From assembly GCF_964355755.1 (NCBI RefSeq), contig NC_092672.1:13702001-13766000 (forward strand): 64,000 bases of DNA. The letters run 5' to 3'. Positions 63,071-64,000 of the stretch are shown here, piece by piece. A program made the position numbers and the translations under genes. Origin of the DNA: Antedon mediterranea. Its lineage: Eukaryota; Animalia; Echinodermata. Below the pieces are notes generated by a model. It had not been told where the DNA came from. It saw only the letters and a list, made by a program, of their open reading frames with translations, and searched no databases. The stretch's first letter is position 1; each line of letters begins with the position of its first letter.

Positions 63071-64000
63071 ACAGAAAGAGGATTACTTCAACTACCGTTC
63101 TAGTCTTCCTTTACTGACAAAGTTTGGGAGTGTCTTTGAAGACAGCCTAGATAGTGTCAATGGTGATTCTCAGAAGCAGCAAGTGCTCAGGAATCCTCGA
63201 ATTTTGTTTCGAATAGTTCTCCGAATGAAACTTATTTCACTCGGATGAAGATTGGATTTCTTATGGTGTGCCACACTCATGATAATATAGACCAGATATT
63301 TCATGCTTAACCAAATATTTTAACAAATATCGATCTTCGACACTTGACCATTCTTCAAAGAGTAGTTAAAACTCTCACAAAAAGCTAAGAATTAAATCAA
63401 CTTTTATTTCATATTTGATTTTCATAATAACTATACTTGAGCTGGAAGCTAGACTTTTTTTTTACTTATAGTTACGCAAATTATTCGTTAGAATTCCTAT
63501 TCTGTAAATATAACTGCGCATGCACATTCATCGCACGCTAGGATCGTAAAATTTGCATAATTCTAATTCAACATGACTGAAACTGTACTGGGAATGTAAT
63601 GTAGGCCTACAAATTATTTTGAAAACTGCCACTCATTATTATGGGTTGGGGTAATGGCTTAACACACATCTTAAACACATACTAAGAAGGGGGTTAGTTG
63701 GAAGGGGGATGGGTGGAGATACTAGATTTTTGAGGTAATAGAAGTGCAACTTCTGGAATTGTACTGGGAATAGTAACTAGGCCTACTAAAGATTCTGGTT
63801 CTAGACAGTGGTTTGGCCTAAGTTTTATAAAAAGAAAATATGTTGGCATACACGGCGTGCCGTAATAACTATACTTGAGCTGGAAGCTAGACTGTGTGTT
63901 TGTGCTAGAATTTAGTTCATCATAATAGGGCACTCGTTAGAATTCCTATTCTGTAAATATAACTGCGCATGCACATTAATCGCAAGCTATGATCGTGCAA

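Larger units (their letters stand above)
35918..64000 (+). repeat. Tandem segmental duplication, ~9.3-kb base unit: X1 ~35918-49980, X2 49981-55047 (partial), X3 55048-63424, X4 from ~63425
   Basis: Near-identical ORF translations recur (36187/50249/63694; 37303/51342/55491; 39449/54709/58819; 41069/59810; 42180/60926; 43948/62694). Confidence 0.95.

Noticed and set aside
36187-63933. Recurrent short ORFs shared among duplicates (MPYYDEL…, MNRNYCS…, MNRNTSF…, MVLALLL…)
   Set aside because: Their recurrence reflects the recent segmental duplication; no domains or evidence of coding constraint.

Overview
AT-rich animal genomic DNA, probably an invertebrate (inference only). It has three zones. 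(1) 1-~18185 is a tandem array of 20 U2 snRNA genes on the minus strand (unit ~780 bp, two spacer haplotypes, several variant U2 copies), interrupted by a 2.5-kb non-autonomous Helitron at 6309-8821. (2) ~18185-35550 is a nest of non-LTR retrotransposons at the array edge. It holds degenerate Tx1-clade elements that look like U2-targeting Keno relatives: one ends directly on U2 nt 35-50 followed by a U2 promoter relic, and their ORF1 ends in two C2H2-like fingers. It also holds a Rex1/Babar-like LINE nested in one of them, an L1/Tx1 nested in another L1/Tx1 with a clean 12-bp TSD, and a CR1 relic. (3) ~35900-64000 is a ~9.3-kb tandem segmental duplication carrying a class A GPCR in three states (deleted, nonsense, intact). 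Only the first copy carries a Kolobok-like MITE and a full-length 5.3-kb LINE. That LINE has a 2A-like StopGo motif in ORF1 and an ATG-less ORF2 lying in frame behind a single TAG, which suggests stop-codon readthrough. All coordinates were read by eye; no database searches were run.
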